A stretch of DNA of 64,000 nt from Podarcis vaucheri (Eukaryota): the NCBI GenBank assembly GCA_965113315.1, contig OZ220374.1; one strand, given 5' to 3'. A model generated the notes under the pieces. That model did not search any database and was not told the DNA's origin. It saw only the letters and a list, made by a program, of their open reading frames with translations. Positions 37,248-50,914 of the stretch are shown here, piece after piece (position 1 is the stretch's first letter; every line of letters begins with the position of its first letter). The position numbers and the translations under genes were made by a program.

Positions 37248-39067
37248 CTAGCTACACTTAAATGTTTGATTATTGGATGTACCATTACCCTGTTGGAAGT
37301 AGTCTATACTTTCTATCTTCTTATCATTTGAAACTATCTAGCGAGGATACCACTAGAAAGAGATTTAGGAATAAATTGTTCATTTCTGAACATAATACAG
37401 GCTGTCATGCTACATAGTGTTTCAGTATCGTTTCAGAATGCCATGGTTTTGATATTGTGAGTAGGCATCTCGTTTTGATAGAAACAATTTTCAAGTTAGC
37501 TTGGACTAACAGTGTATACGTACTCCGAATCAAGTTCTACTGAGTTCAGTCGAATGCAAAGATGCAGTAAAATGCATGAAATTCGCATTGAAACACTGGT
37601 GGATTTTATGGGGACTCCTAAAAAGGGAAGAAAAGAAAAGAAAACTGATGTGGCAAACCAAACGCAAGATTGGAAAAATGAAAAACCAAAATGGACATAT
37701 TCATAAGAAAATAAGTCTTTGCTCTTTTCTGTTTGTTGAATGACTTTGCTTGTGCCAATCATGTAATACAGTCCACTTCACCCTGTGAAATAGGCCTGGC
37801 AGTCCATTTCAGGAGGAACATTGGCGAGGAAAAAGTTGGGCTGAAGCATTGGGTGGGTGGGCGGGGGGATTTTTATTGTGTCTAGATATTGGATAAAGAG
37901 CTCTGTTTGAAATAAAACTGTCCAGTTGAGTTACAATGTTTGTGCTTTTCTTTATGTTACATTCAAGTGTAATATAAGGCCAAATGCGTTTTGTTTTTTT
38001 TAAAGCAACATTTAAATAGTGTTAAAGGGAACATCAGCTTCCCAGTATAGAAATAAACTTGAGTTGCTTTTGTGTGTGACATAATCATAATCATCAAGAA
38101 AGGGAGTCGTTGTGAGTTGTTTTAAGTGTAATTGTTATAGTAAAACCCGGTCATGCTTATCAGAACTCAAGACCTCAATACGTTAATAAAATGTTTATGT
38201 ATTGCATGCATTTGGTGGTAGTATTTATTATTAATTATGTGGCAGGTTGCCACCTTTTATCCTGCTGCTTGCTGCTCTTTCTTCCATTTCTCCCCAAAGG
38301 CAGATCAGTTTTATATCCTTGCTTTTTAATGACTTTCTTATTTTACTTTGCCAAATATTTGGTGGGGAGTGGGGAGAGTCTTTACAATATTCCTTCCTGC
38401 CCTTCCCAGTGGAGTGGAAAATATCTCTAATGTCATGCTGATTACAGAGCTGTGCTTTCTGGGGTTTCCTGTACTTCATTTGCTTCCAAGTTTCTTCTTC
38501 TTTACCGCTCTCCATTTCTTCATGTGGTTTGCACTTAGCTATTCTCTGCCTATGCTTCTCAAGTTTCTGGGGACCCCAAGAAGAGCTGTGACCCATGGAC
38601 CTTATATTCCCTTGTTGTGCTCTCTCTCTTGTCTAAACTAAAGCCCCTTTCCACCTTCCGTATGGCCTCTTTGAGAAGTAATACTAAACTATGGTTGAGT
38701 GTCCTTCTCAAGCCCCCTGTCCACTCTCTCTCCAGCCCACCCAATTATGGAGATGCTACCTAGGCCCCGAGTGTGTTTTTTGCTGCCGCTGCAAAATTCA
38801 TAGGGAGAGCTGTTTGCATTGGTGATTCAATAGATTAGATTAGATTTATTCTATTTATGCATTGCTTCTCTCAAAAGGGAGTTCTGAAGCAATTTACAGG
38901 GACTGCATAAAATTTACAACAAAATCCATTAAAACGAAACAACTATCCTAAAAGCATTCATCCACAAAATTCGCCCAGGGGCATAAAAATAACCATCCCA
39001 GCAGTGTAAAGATAAACACCAAAAATAAATGAGCAAACCCTGACCATTAGCAATGTCCAAATATCTT

Positions 39068-39273
39068 TGTTGTTGTTATTTAGTCGTTTAGTCATGTTTG
39101 ACTCTTAGTGACCTCATGGACCAGAGCACGCCAGGCACTCCTGTCTTCCACTGCCTCCCGCAGTTTGGTCAAGCTCATGTTGGGAGCTTCAAGAACTCTG
39201 TCCAACCATCTCGTCCCCTGTCGTCTTCTTCTTGTGCCCTCAGTCTTTCCCAACATCAAGGTCTTTTCCAGGG
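39068..39273 (-). mobile_element. RTE-BovB 3' fragment
   Basis: Aligns with 20121-20382 (tttagtcgtttag...catggaccagagcacgccaggcactcctgtcttccactgcc). Confidence 0.9.
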
Positions 39274-40271
39274 AACCAAATATCTAGGATATTTTTTAAA
39301 AAATAAATTGTTTGATGCTGGAAGGATTACAAAGTTGGTACCAGGTGAACCTCCCAGGGAAGGGCATTCTGAAATTGCGTGGCTGCCACAGAAAATTCCT
39401 GTTCTCTCATTGCCATCTTCCAAATGTCTTTTGGAGGGGACATACAGAGAAAGACCTCAGATGTTGCACTGAGTAATGAAAATGCAGTGTAGTGAATTTA
39501 GGGGGATTTGTGTGATGAGTGTTTACACACTAATGGCTTACAATGCAAAAGAGTTTCTTTGCAGTTGTACTTCAGGGTCACCACCCTATGCTTACTTATT
39601 GGAATAGATCAATCTTAAGCTGCAGAGCAAGGCATTTGGATTGATTACTGATTGATGGGTGCTTGGCCCTTTATTGCACAGCCGAGACAGTGGTTTCCAT
39701 GCACAGAAAGTTCTGCTTGGTTTTTCAGATGTACCAGCCATAAAATCGAAACTAGAATTAAAAGTTACTGATCCATTCCTGCACTGCTGTCATCCCAAAT
39801 CCTGGTTTCAAGAAACAGCTGCATGGAAAATGGTTGTACCCATTCCAGGGTCCACATCTAATTCCCTAAGCTAAGGTTTTGACAAATGATATGGGCATGG
39901 TAGAAAACTTTGGAATTAAAGCAGCAGGAGAATGGAAAAATTCTAATACATTGGTTTTTACTTTGGAAAGAGGACCAAGTAATTCAGAACTCCCAACATC
40001 TGCTGAGGAATTCAGGTGAGGGGAGAATTTTAGAATCATCTGTAAAGTATAAAGGAGTATAAGGAGTAACATACCTTCTCTAGTCAGGAGCGTGTAGCAT
40101 ACATAAACCAGGAAGCCACCAGCCAATTATGAATGTCCTTTTCTTGAACGTTCAGACATAAGCCTGGAAAATCTTCTGCATTATTGTGCTTTGTCACATG
40201 GAGGGCACCATTTGGATGTTCTGCCTCAGGCACCATATTTATTTAGATCTTGGTGAGCTGGATGTTGTTTA

Positions 40272-40632
40272 GATGTGGGTGGCACTGTGGTCTAAACCAC
40301 TGATCCTCTTGGGCTTGCCGAACAGAAAGTCGTCGGTTCAAATCCCCACGATGGGGTGAGCTCCCATTGCTCTGTCCCAGCTCCTGCCAACCTAGCAGTT
40401 TGAAAGCATGCCAGTGCAAGTAAATAAATAGGTACTGCTGTGGCAGGGAAGGTAAATGGCATTTCCATGCGCTCTGGTTTCCATCACGGTGTTCTGTTGT
40501 GCCAGAAGTGGTTTAGTCATGCTGGCCACATGGCCCAGAAAGCTGTCTGTGGACAAACGCCGGCTCCTTTGGCCTGAAAGCGAGATGAGTTGCCTTTGAC
40601 TGGACTTAACCATCCGGGGGTCCTTTACCTTT
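40272..40632 (+). mobile_element. Sauria SINE (diverged subfamily)
   Basis: tRNA-like head gtggcactgtggtctaaacc...ggttcaaatccc; ends cctttaccttt. Confidence 0.92.
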
Positions 40633-43126
40633 AGAACTGTCTTATACAGGTGAGCAATTCCAGTGGCCTTCCTTCATCTTTGTGCTATTCTTAGTCTGGC
40701 ATAAATTACTTTCCTTGCCTCTACATCTACTTTCTTGCTATTCCATTTTCTTCTTTCTTCTTTTTCTTTTTTGGGCCAGTTATACCTCAACCTTGTGTGT
40801 ATATTTTATGTTCCAGATTTGCCAGCGTATTTTGATTGTCAGTCTTACAGCATCCTAAGTCTGTTTATGCAGAAGTAAGCCCCCTGTGTCTAATGTCGTC
40901 TATTCCCTTTTAAGGTGTTTACAGACATAATCTCTAGCAAATGATTGTAGATCAGGGATGGGATAGGACATAAAGTAGTCTAAAACTCTGTATATTGAAA
41001 AGTATCAACATACTTTTAAATAAAAATGAGGTCTTAGTATGTAGCTTTAGGCTATATTCTCTCTATATATATATTTTTATGTATTTCTGAAAGAAAGGAA
41101 ATGGCAGATACAGCATTCAGTGATCTGCCGGTGAGAGATTATTGTGTGTTAACCCTAGCACAGAACATCAGATATCACACCAGGCTCACTATGCAACTGC
41201 CTCAGACAATTGGAATGTGTTTCATTATCTAGAAACCAGGATGAAAGGCAACTGGCAGTCTTGCTAGTCTGAACATTGTGATCGTCACCACAGTCTCAAA
41301 TTTTTTGAATTCTTTTTGGGTGCTTTGGCAAGTCAAATGGTTCTGTTCATAGGTCTGTTACAGGAGCATAAATGGCACACACTCTCAAGGTTGTGGTAAC
41401 TCAGATAAAGGTCTTGTGAAGCATAGGTTTTGTTTATCTTAGCAGATCATAATTAAACTAAGTGATTCAGAGGCATAATGCCAATGATCTTTACAACAAG
41501 GTTCAAAGACAAACACTTAAACATTTCAGTGTAGTGTAGTATCATAATATTGTTTTTTATTTGCGGAATATGGATAAATACTTTTCAAAATGAGACCAAA
41601 AGCAGAGGACAATCCTAGTTGTGATCCAGAATCGCCATTCAAACAGAGTGCAGGAGAAGGCTCGTTTATTTTGGGAATGATTCATGTTCCTATGTAGCTG
41701 CAATGATTTATACTTTCTGGATGTTCCATGATCATATTATAGAGTAGTTGTGTTCTATGTTATAAATCAAGCTCTGCTAGGAGTTTTTTCTTTTTGTTTT
41801 CCAACGTATTTCTTATCAGTAAAAAAAATTTGGTGTGGCATGAGCAAATTTTTATTATAAAAGTGTGGCCCAGAGAAAAAAGTTTGGCCTACACTGTGCA
41901 CAATACTGCCATACTTCCTTCAACTCTCTCAGAAACTACTTTCTGTCTCCCACAGAGCGGGACTGAAGCTTGGGCTACCTTTCAAGGCCATGCAAATCCT
42001 AACAGATGGATGGCATACATAGATGACAGCATTGTAAGGACATTTGAGAGCATAATATGTGCTGTTTTAGGACCTAAATATATATTTTTTTATCCAAAGA
42101 AATCAATATATTATTTTTTCCCACTGACTGAATTTCACAAGAATGATCTTTAAACTGAAACTTAATGAGGTAGCATTGCCTACCATACGGATATAAATTT
42201 GGCTGTCCAGGCATTTGGGCATTCGGGTCTAGAGGGTTTTTTGTTTGTTTGTTTGTTTGTTTGTTTAAGATTACAATGTGTGCTCTAAACATGTTGTGAG
42301 CTGCCTTAAGTGTTCTAAGCAGGAAAGGACAGAACACTTTTAATTAAGAATGCACTGGAGGCTGTTCAAAAGAGCCTTTTGCATTCTGGGAAGATGTTTT
42401 TGGGAGGCAAAATGATAAGTAGCCGGGATAGGATGTAGAATAAGCCCTGGTACATGTTTAGAAGCTGCATCAATAGCCTTTTATACCCTTATTTTAATAA
42501 ATAACCTTGTCCAACAAGAGCTCTTTGCTTTGTTTGAGATTATCTTGCACTTGGAAATGTGTACTGATAATATGTATTTGGGGAACAAACGTTCAGAAAT
42601 AATGCAAACATAACATTTTAGCATTTCATATTGATGCATAAATGAGGCTGAATGGACTTAATGAAGTCCATGTGAAAACTGACATGGACTGGAAATAGAC
42701 TGATCATTTCATTTTTGTTCATAACAAGCCACTTAAATTATGAAGTTGGTTTGTAAAGTAACCAGAGTTTGTTTTTTAACCAGAATTCTTGGTTTGAATG
42801 TAATACGAAATTGCCGTTTGGTAAAAGGAAAACTAAACCGTTCCATTCCAAACTGTTCTTCCTAGCTGTGCAGCGCAAGGAGATTGGAGTGGGAGAACAT
42901 GCCATCCAAATAACTTTACCTGAGCTCAATTCAGGCTTGTCCACATAGCTCGTAAAAATGCAAATGTGGCCCTGGCCAATACTATCATGAACCATGTATC
43001 AGGACAGTCAACTTCAAACTCTACCCTATCAGAGGCTCTGGCCTTTCAGATGAGCCGCCTCATGAGTAGGCCTGGAGATCCTTCCCAGTGGCCAGTTCTA
43101 GAAGCTTGTCATTGGCCTAGTATTTA

Positions 43127-43484
43127 AAGGTAAAGGTACTCCTGACCGTTAGGTCCAGTCACAGACAACTCTGGGGTTTCTCGCTCATCTCGCCCTATAG
43201 GCCGAGGGAGCCGGCGTTTGTCTGCAGACAGCTTCCAGGTCATGTGGCCAGCAGGACTAAGCCGCTTCTGGCAAACCAGAGCAGCGCATGGAAACGTCGT
43301 TTACCTTGCCGCCGGAGTGGTACCTATTTATCTACTTGCACTTGATGTTCTTTCAAACTGCTAGGTGGGCAGGAGCTGGGACCGAACAACAGGAGCTCGC
43401 CCCTTCGCAGGGATTTGAACTTGTGACCTTCCAATTGGCAAGCCCTAGGCTCTGTGGTTTAGACCACAGCACCGCCCGTGTCCC
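43127..43484 (-). mobile_element. Sauria SINE, full length
   Basis: 14-bp TSD tggcctagtattta (43113-43126, 43485-43498); reverse ACCTTT tail. Confidence 0.96.
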
Positions 43485-45264
43485 TGGCCTAGTATTTAGC
43501 CCTTGGCATAATTGGTTGCATCTGACTCATTGGGTTGGTTCAGAAGGAACACAAACACATGGTTTGTTTTGCTTAACTATAGTTGGTTTCTACATGCAAA
43601 CCCAGTTTGGGCAACCAACAATAGTTTACTTGGGGGCATCAAACTAGGATCTGAAACCACAGTGTGAGTTTGTTCTCATCATGATTTCCTTCCCCTATTA
43701 ACTTGGACAGCATCATAATTCTCCTGTAGCTTCATGCTTGTGACTTTTGCTTCCTGCCCCATCTTTGGACACTCCTCCTATTTTGGGGTCTTGTGCTGCT
43801 CATATGTCTCCTAGCTTAACTGCTTTCACTTCTCTTCCCTTCCAGCTGAAACTAAATGTTTAAAAGTTAAGGAGCAAGACTGGCCCCTGCAATCATATAT
43901 TTGCTGCTGGTCTTGGTCTTTCCAGATGCTGTTTCTGGGGTCTTCCGGAGATCACAAACACCTTAGTACTGACACTGGTATTTAGGAATCACTATTTGAA
44001 ATTAACAAATCATGTACCTTATGTCAAATATTTTGCCCAGCTAGATCTACCTTTTCTGGCTATAATGTGGTGGAACTTTGCTGGAGAAAATAGATGATAG
44101 CACTGAAAATACATTACAAGCCACTTTGTTATCTGTTTTCACTGATTTTTCATCCATATAAGAATAGATTCCTGCCACTTAGTGCTCTTAGTGCTTTGAT
44201 TGGTATGACACAACCAGCTCCCCTTTGTGCCTTCAGGTGCCACAACTATTTTGTGTTTTTAAAGATTCATAGGATTTTCCCAGATGGAAAGAATTCTATT
44301 GGTTCCATTTATGCCTTGTAGAAATCCCAATTAAAGAGAGAATTTATAGAAGATGACCGCCGTCATGAACCATTTATTATGGAGTAATTTTGCTAAATTT
44401 GTCTGTCTCTCTCCTTTGCCCCTTGTTACTGCCTAAAATTCTGAACTGCTGATGTATTGGGCTCTATTTGATTTGTAGTTAATGAGTAGTTTACATTAAT
44501 ATGCGGGTGAAAAATAACTGTAATTTTATTCCCCGTCCATGGCTAAGTCTGGAAAATACTTTTATAGGAAAAGACCATGTAAACAGAGTGGTCCGGATGG
44601 TTTGTTTTGCTAAAGTGGTACCATATGTTTGTTGATTAACAAGTTGTCAGGATATTAGAAGTTCTTGGCTGCTTCTGTGGAGGAGCATCTGTTTTCTACA
44701 TTCTTTTACCTAATTTGTATGAAGACTTTGCCAGATTGAAGGCTTTCCTGCATATCTGCCATACATTCCATGGATCTTTTTTGTCATCCTGTAGGCAGCT
44801 TCTGTTGTGTGTCACTAGGACGGATATGTAGCCACATATCTCAGAAGCAAATGAAGAAAGATGGGAAAGGAGCATGGAGCAATGAGGAACTACACGAGGA
44901 CAAACTCATTGCCAATCAAAATTGCTCTTGCATTATCAGCTCTTATGTTGTATGTTTTCAATGTCAGCCAGCACAGAACCACAGTAACTAACAAAGGAAG
45001 ACACTGAATGCAAACACTTAGGTTAGCTCCTCAGCTTGGACAACAGGGTATACCAACAGGACTTTAAAATGAATGATATGTGTGCAATATCAATTAAAGG
45101 GCAAAAACACATACAAAGGATATGTGATAATGCTTCCCTTTCCCTTAAAGTTTCTAAGGCTTGTAGCCCTAGTATTGAGTAGGTGACTCAGTTTGGTGTA
45201 GGCACCTGCCTAACCCTTTATGGCCATGTCCCCTATGATTTGGCAGGATCCAGATATGGTTCAG

Positions 45265-45434
45265 AGCACTGGCTTTTACCCATAATAGTCATGTTCAACT
45301 TCCGCTATCAGAGGCCTCTGAATTCCAGTTGCTGGGAATCCCAAGTAGGATGAATGTTGTTGTACTCAGGTCTTCCTTGCAGACGTCCCATAGGCATCTG
45401 GTTGGACACTGTGAGAACAAACAGGATTGGGCTA
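45265..45434 (+). mobile_element. CR1-type long 3'-UTR fragment
   Basis: cccataggcatctggttggacactgtgagaaca matches 17030-17060. Confidence 0.7.
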
Positions 45435-47554
45435 CAAACAGTTTCCCCTCTTCATCAGCTACTATCAGGGAGAATTCTATGAAATCCATCCACAGGTGGT
45501 TTTACAGTCCAGTCAAAATGGCACACATTCAGGAAACAGGCAACAGGCTTTGCTTGCAGAATTGTGGCTCCATTGGGACATACGAGTATCTTTGGTGGTC
45601 CTTCCCAGCAGCTCATCCCTTGTGGTCTGCAGTATTTTCTGAAATTAACATTATTCTTTTGTAAGATTGCACATGTGGATCTTGCCTTGTGCTTGTTATC
45701 TATTTTTAAAGGGGCCAACCTTTTGTGTTGAAGCCTCTGGCTATTTACTCATGGGTGACTGCCTAACTTGAAGCTGCTAAGAATTGGAACAATGTCTTGA
45801 ATGTCACAGTGGACAGTTGGCTTAAGAAAATATTACACATTGTTATTCTGGAAAAGCTCACCCACCGCTTGAAAGTATTAAGTGGAAACTCAGAATCTGA
45901 GGATTTTGCAGCTGTTGGGTGGACTGCTATGACATATATGAACAATTGTTCCCATTTGAACCCTGTACTTGCCAGTTATTGGAACTTTTTATTACATCTA
46001 CATATGTACAAATAGCTTATCAAGCCCATTGTGTCTTATGATCGAAAACCTCTTGCCACCCATGTCCAGATGCCCCCATTTCTTCCTGCTTTTTCTTCGC
46101 CTCTTTCCACCCCTTCCTTATATGTCAATGGAAGAGCCAGTAGTTTGCATACTTTATGCTCTTGTTTTCATGTCTCAGTGGTTTGGGCCTGGTAAGATTT
46201 GAGTTTGGAACTGTGCCTGTAGCTGAACTTGGTGGCTACCATGAAATGATAACCAGTATAGACCCTGTCTGAGGTTTAAGGGACCATACTCTGGGTTTCT
46301 TCTGACAAAAATAAAGATGGCGGCTAGCTTTTTTGAAAGGCCTGCATTAGGTCAAGCCTTAATCCCTGAGGGGATTGTCTCCTTCCTCTCCCCCAGTTCT
46401 CCACAGCAGCAGCTGAGTTGGATATCAGGCAATCTGTGAGTTCTTACTGTTGAAATGAAACTAGAGCTTGTTGACCTTTAGAGGGAAGTTCATGAAGACT
46501 TTTTGAATATACAAGCAGGGAAAGGTCTTATTTATTAAAAAATAAAATCGAATGAAGAAGATGCAGTTTGTTACCTTTTTGGTTTTTATTACTTTTGTAG
46601 TTTTATTACTTCTACCCCCACACCCTTGGGGGTTTTTTGGACTGCATGTTCAATATAAAATGTCAACTCACTGAGGCAAGCTAGCAGAGTCCTTTTTACA
46701 AGGATAGACACTGTTGTGCCCACGAGATACTGCCTGTCACTGCTTGCTGTGTCCCTGAACTTCCCTATTTTAAAGCTGGAGTGGCCCCTCTTGCTTGCTG
46801 CTTGTGATAGAGTATCTAGCCTTATGTGACCGAAATTCTGGGAGTTGGTTGTTACACTAAGTAACCCAGTCAGGGGAAACAACAGATTGGAGCGGGGACT
46901 TAACTTTTATAAAATGCCATGAGACAGCTTGGTTAACAAAGAGGGTAAAGGGAATTTCTTACGTATTCTGAAGGTTGGGAAGTTGGGATCTACTCCCAGT
47001 CCCTGTCAGACATTGAAGGAGAACAGGCATCAGTCCAATAGAGGGCAGTAGCAGACAGGTTCATAAATCATTTCATTAAACATAATGCTGAATTACTGGG
47101 GTATTGCATTTTTGAGCACATTTTTCTCTGCAGCCCGCAAGGAAAATGGAGGGTAATTAAGTTGTGTAAAGCTCTACCTTTGCAGCTGGAATGTCTGTTG
47201 GCGTCTTTGAATTCTGGGAAAGTATTCCCCAAAAACAAAACAAAACAAAACAAAACAGCCTTCCTGTTGAAACAAATGTGGGTTGTGTTTGTTTGTTATT
47301 ACATGGGCTAAAAGAGAAGTGTCTTTGTTCAGCTGATTTTCCCCCACTTTCATTAGCATGTTATTAGAAACACTGGAGGACGTTTTAATGCAGATAGCAG
47401 TTGACTAATAGTTTAAAAAGTTGGGATTATGCAGGCTAGGTGATGGGGGGGTTACTTTCTTTTGTAAAAGAAGTGCATTAAAGTAGCCTGCCGCTGCTTC
47501 CTCATAAAAAGCAATATATGCAGAGCAAAATAAAGCAAGGTATGCCTGTATTAG

Positions 47555-48032
47555 TTACCCCTCCTAGTTTAACGTCATCTGCAGGTTTAATAAGCATCCC
47601 TTCTAGTCCTTCATCCAAGTTACATATTGAACATATAAAAATGTTGAATCAGGACAGAACCTTGTGGCACCCCATTTGTCACTTTCCCCCAGGATGACAA
47701 CAATAATAATAATAATTTATTATTTATACACCACCCATCTAGCTGGGCTTCCCCAGCCACTCTGGGCAGCTTCCAACAAAATATTAAAATACCGTAATAT
47801 ATCAAACATTAAAAGCTTCCCTAAACAGGGCTGCTTTCAGAAGAAACTGTTAGTGAGCACACTGAGTTTGGTCAGTGAATCAGTTACAAATCCACCCAGC
47901 AGTAACATAGTCTAACCTACATTTTACCAGTTTCTTCACAAGGATATCATGGGGAACTTTGTGGAAAGCCTCACTGAAATCAAGATATGCTACATCCATA
48001 GCATTCCCCTGATCCACCAAGCTTGTAACTCT
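47555..48032 (-). mobile_element. Older CR1 RT fragment, interrupted by an L2 tail
   Basis: Reverse strand gives the [11 protein letters not shown] peptide and matches the YLDFS/KVPHDIL and ADD regions of 35660-36000. Confidence 0.85.
47698..47840 (-). mobile_element. L2 (family B) 3' fragment nested in CR1
   Basis: ccatctagctgggcttccccagccactctgggcagcttcc matches the other L2-B 3' UTRs. Confidence 0.88.
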
Positions 48033-49663
48033 TTGATGAACACATGGTAGTCAGGGATAGGGCCATGGGGCATGATCCTATCTATCATACCTTCCGTGCA
48101 TCAGTTATTCCCAGTTCAGTTCTCTACACAGGGCACCTCTTTCTTTGTGATTTTTCTGTGGACGTGACTCGCACAAAGTGCAGTCCATCTGAGCTCTTTT
48201 GATTTCAGTGTGAGAGACCTTAAGTGTATGTATTGATATTAAATGGGAGATCGTGTGCTTATCTTCCTCTTGCTTAAATCAGTGAGACTTAAAAGTGCTG
48301 AACTTTGCTGGGATCGTGTCCTGTGATTCCAGTGGAGTTTCATCCTGATACAATATATAGCTATCTGCAGTTACTTTTCCTGGCTTTCATCTCACTTCAA
48401 CCTTCAGATGACCCACTGAGTGTGAAAACAAATCAAAGCCTGAACAAAGTTAAGGTGTTATCTCAAGATAACTGGCTTTATAAACAAGACCTGTGGGATG
48501 AATTATTGAAGGCACTTGCCTATAGTAGAAGACCATCTATAATGGTTGGTGAGCCCATATTTTGCAAGACACTTGGGTCTCTAGCTTAAGTTGATATCAT
48601 TAAAAAAACAAAACCAAATGTATATTTTAGGGGTGCCTGATTACATAAAGTGTTTTCCCTATTTCTGTGGGTTCTTGTCTAGAAGACAGATTTTGCCGTT
48701 CACATATCCTGTAACACCTCTTTGTGGAAAAGTTTTAAACTTTTATTTCTTTTAAATCTTCCGTTGTACCAAGACAAAGGTTTTGTCAAGGCAAGCAATA
48801 CACATTGTTTTATGTGCATTCTTTCCCACCTGCTGCCTTAGTAAAAACCCAGTAACATGGCAACCGGTGTCTCTGGTTGTTTGAAAAGACAAGAAGATTT
48901 TGAGTAAGCCTGTTTGGACCAAGCCAATCAAAATATTCTTCCAATAAGAGGGGGTGGCGAAACTTCTTTACTTTGTGTGGGTGTCAAATGAAGGGCTCAT
49001 TCTGTTACCTTGAAAACTCTCCAGATGTACACAAACAGCTTTCTGGATTATTTGGGAAAGAAGGTCGGGAGTGGGTTAGGAATTCTGGGCGTGGAGGAAC
49101 TCTTATGTGTAGCATTAAAATTGGGAGAGGTTTAAAATACTTTTTTTAAAATGCTCATGCTGAAAATGAGACATGTACAATAACTTGGGTTTGTATGGGT
49201 TCAGAGAGAAAGTGTAAGCCATCATGCAATGTGACACTTTTCCAGAGCACCCTTTCACTTAGTTTCTTGGCTTTGTCTATAGGTTTGCAAAGACTAGAGA
49301 CCCATTGCAAATATTTGATAGGTTTTTGGGACCCAAGTACTAGTTTGGGCACCTTTTCCTATATAGGTCAGTCTGGGCTCTGAGATCAGTGGGTCACTGA
49401 CCCATTGGTGGGCATGGCTCGCTGTGTAGTGATGCAAGACATGGACTTCTATGAAGTAGCACCCTGTCTATGGAATTCAGTCCCGCTGGAGATGTCAATG
49501 GCTACACCATTATTAAGCTTCTGGTGCCTAAGTAAAACACACTTGTTATCTCTGGCACTTGGAGAAATTTAGTTGCAGTATTTCAAACTTGAGACCTTAC
49601 GCCAGTCAGTTTGACTTGCTGACATTTCTCTTGCAATGGTTTCACACTATCTTATTGGCATGG

Positions 49664-49665
<2 letters not shown>

Positions 49666-49717
<52 letters not shown>

Positions 49718-50529
49718 TATTATTATTATTATTTATTTGTACCCCGCCCATCTGGCTGGGTTTCCCCAGCCACTCTGGGCGGCTTCCGTAGAAACCAAAA
49801 ATACACTAAAATTACACATTAAAAACTTCCCTGAACAGGGCTGCCTTAAGATGTCTTCTGAATGTCAGCTTTGACATCTGAAGGGAGGGTGTTCCGCAGG
49901 GCGGGCGCCACTACTGAGAAGGCCCTCTGCCCGGTTCCCTGTAGCTTTGCTTCTCGCAATGAGGGAACCGCCAGAAGGCCCTCGGCGCTGGACCTCAGTG
50001 TACGGGCAGAACGATGGGGGTGGAGACACTCCTTCAGGTATACTGGGCCAAGGCCGTTTAGGGCTTTAAAGGTCAACACCAATACTTTGAATTGTGCTCG
50101 GAAACGTACTGGGAGCCAATGTAGGTCTTTTAAGACCAGTGTTATGTGGTCTCGGCGGCTGCTCCCAGTCACCAGTCTAGCTGCTGCGTTCTGAATTAGT
50201 TGTAGTTTCCGGGTCACCTTCAAAGGTAGCCCACGTAGAGCGCATTGCAGTAGTCCAAGCGGGAGATAACCAGAGCATGCACCACTCTGGTGAGGCAGTC
50301 TGCAGGCAGATAGGGTCTCAGCCTGCGTACCAGATGGAGCTGGTAAACAGCTGCCCTGGACACAGCTGTGCCTCCATGGACAGCTGCGAGTCCAAAATGA
50401 CTCCCAGGCTGCGCACCTGGTCCTTCAGGGGCGCAGTTACCCCATTCAGGACCAGGGAATCCTCCACACCTGCCCACCTCCTGTCCCCCAAGAACAGTAA
50501 TTCTGTCTTGTCAGGATTCAACCTCAATC
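49666..50529 (-). mobile_element. L2 LINE (family B), 5'-truncated
   Basis: RLNPDKTE, VISRLDYCNALY, LQLIQNAAARLVTG..RDHIT..L..LHWLPV, RAFSVVAP motifs across frameshifts; microsatellite tail. Confidence 0.95.
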
Positions 50530-50672
50530 TGTTTGTTTCCTTTGTACTGTGTTTTTAGATAGCATGTTGTAAGCGACCTTGGGACCTTGTAACAAAGGAC
50601 AAGGTGATCTATAAATTTGGTTACTCTGTTAATTAAACAAACAAATATGCATGCATGCCTGCGGAGCAGGTA

Positions 50673-50914
50673 CAGTGGTACCTTGCTTCTAGAACGGCTT
50701 GGCTCCCGAACAAATCAGCTCCCGAACGCCGCAAACCCGGAAGTGAGTGTTCTGGTTTGTGAACACTTTTTGGAAGCCGAACTTCTGACGCGGTTTCCAC
50801 TTGACTGCAGGAAGCTCCTGCAGCCAATCAGAAGCCACACCTTGGTTTTTGAACGGTTCCAGGAGTCGAATGGACTCCCAGAACAGATTAAGTTCGACAA
50901 GCAAGGTACCACTG
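50673..50914. mobile_element. Tc1/mariner MITE
   Basis: TIRs cagtggtaccttgctt / aagcaaggtaccactg, TA on both sides. Confidence 0.93.
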
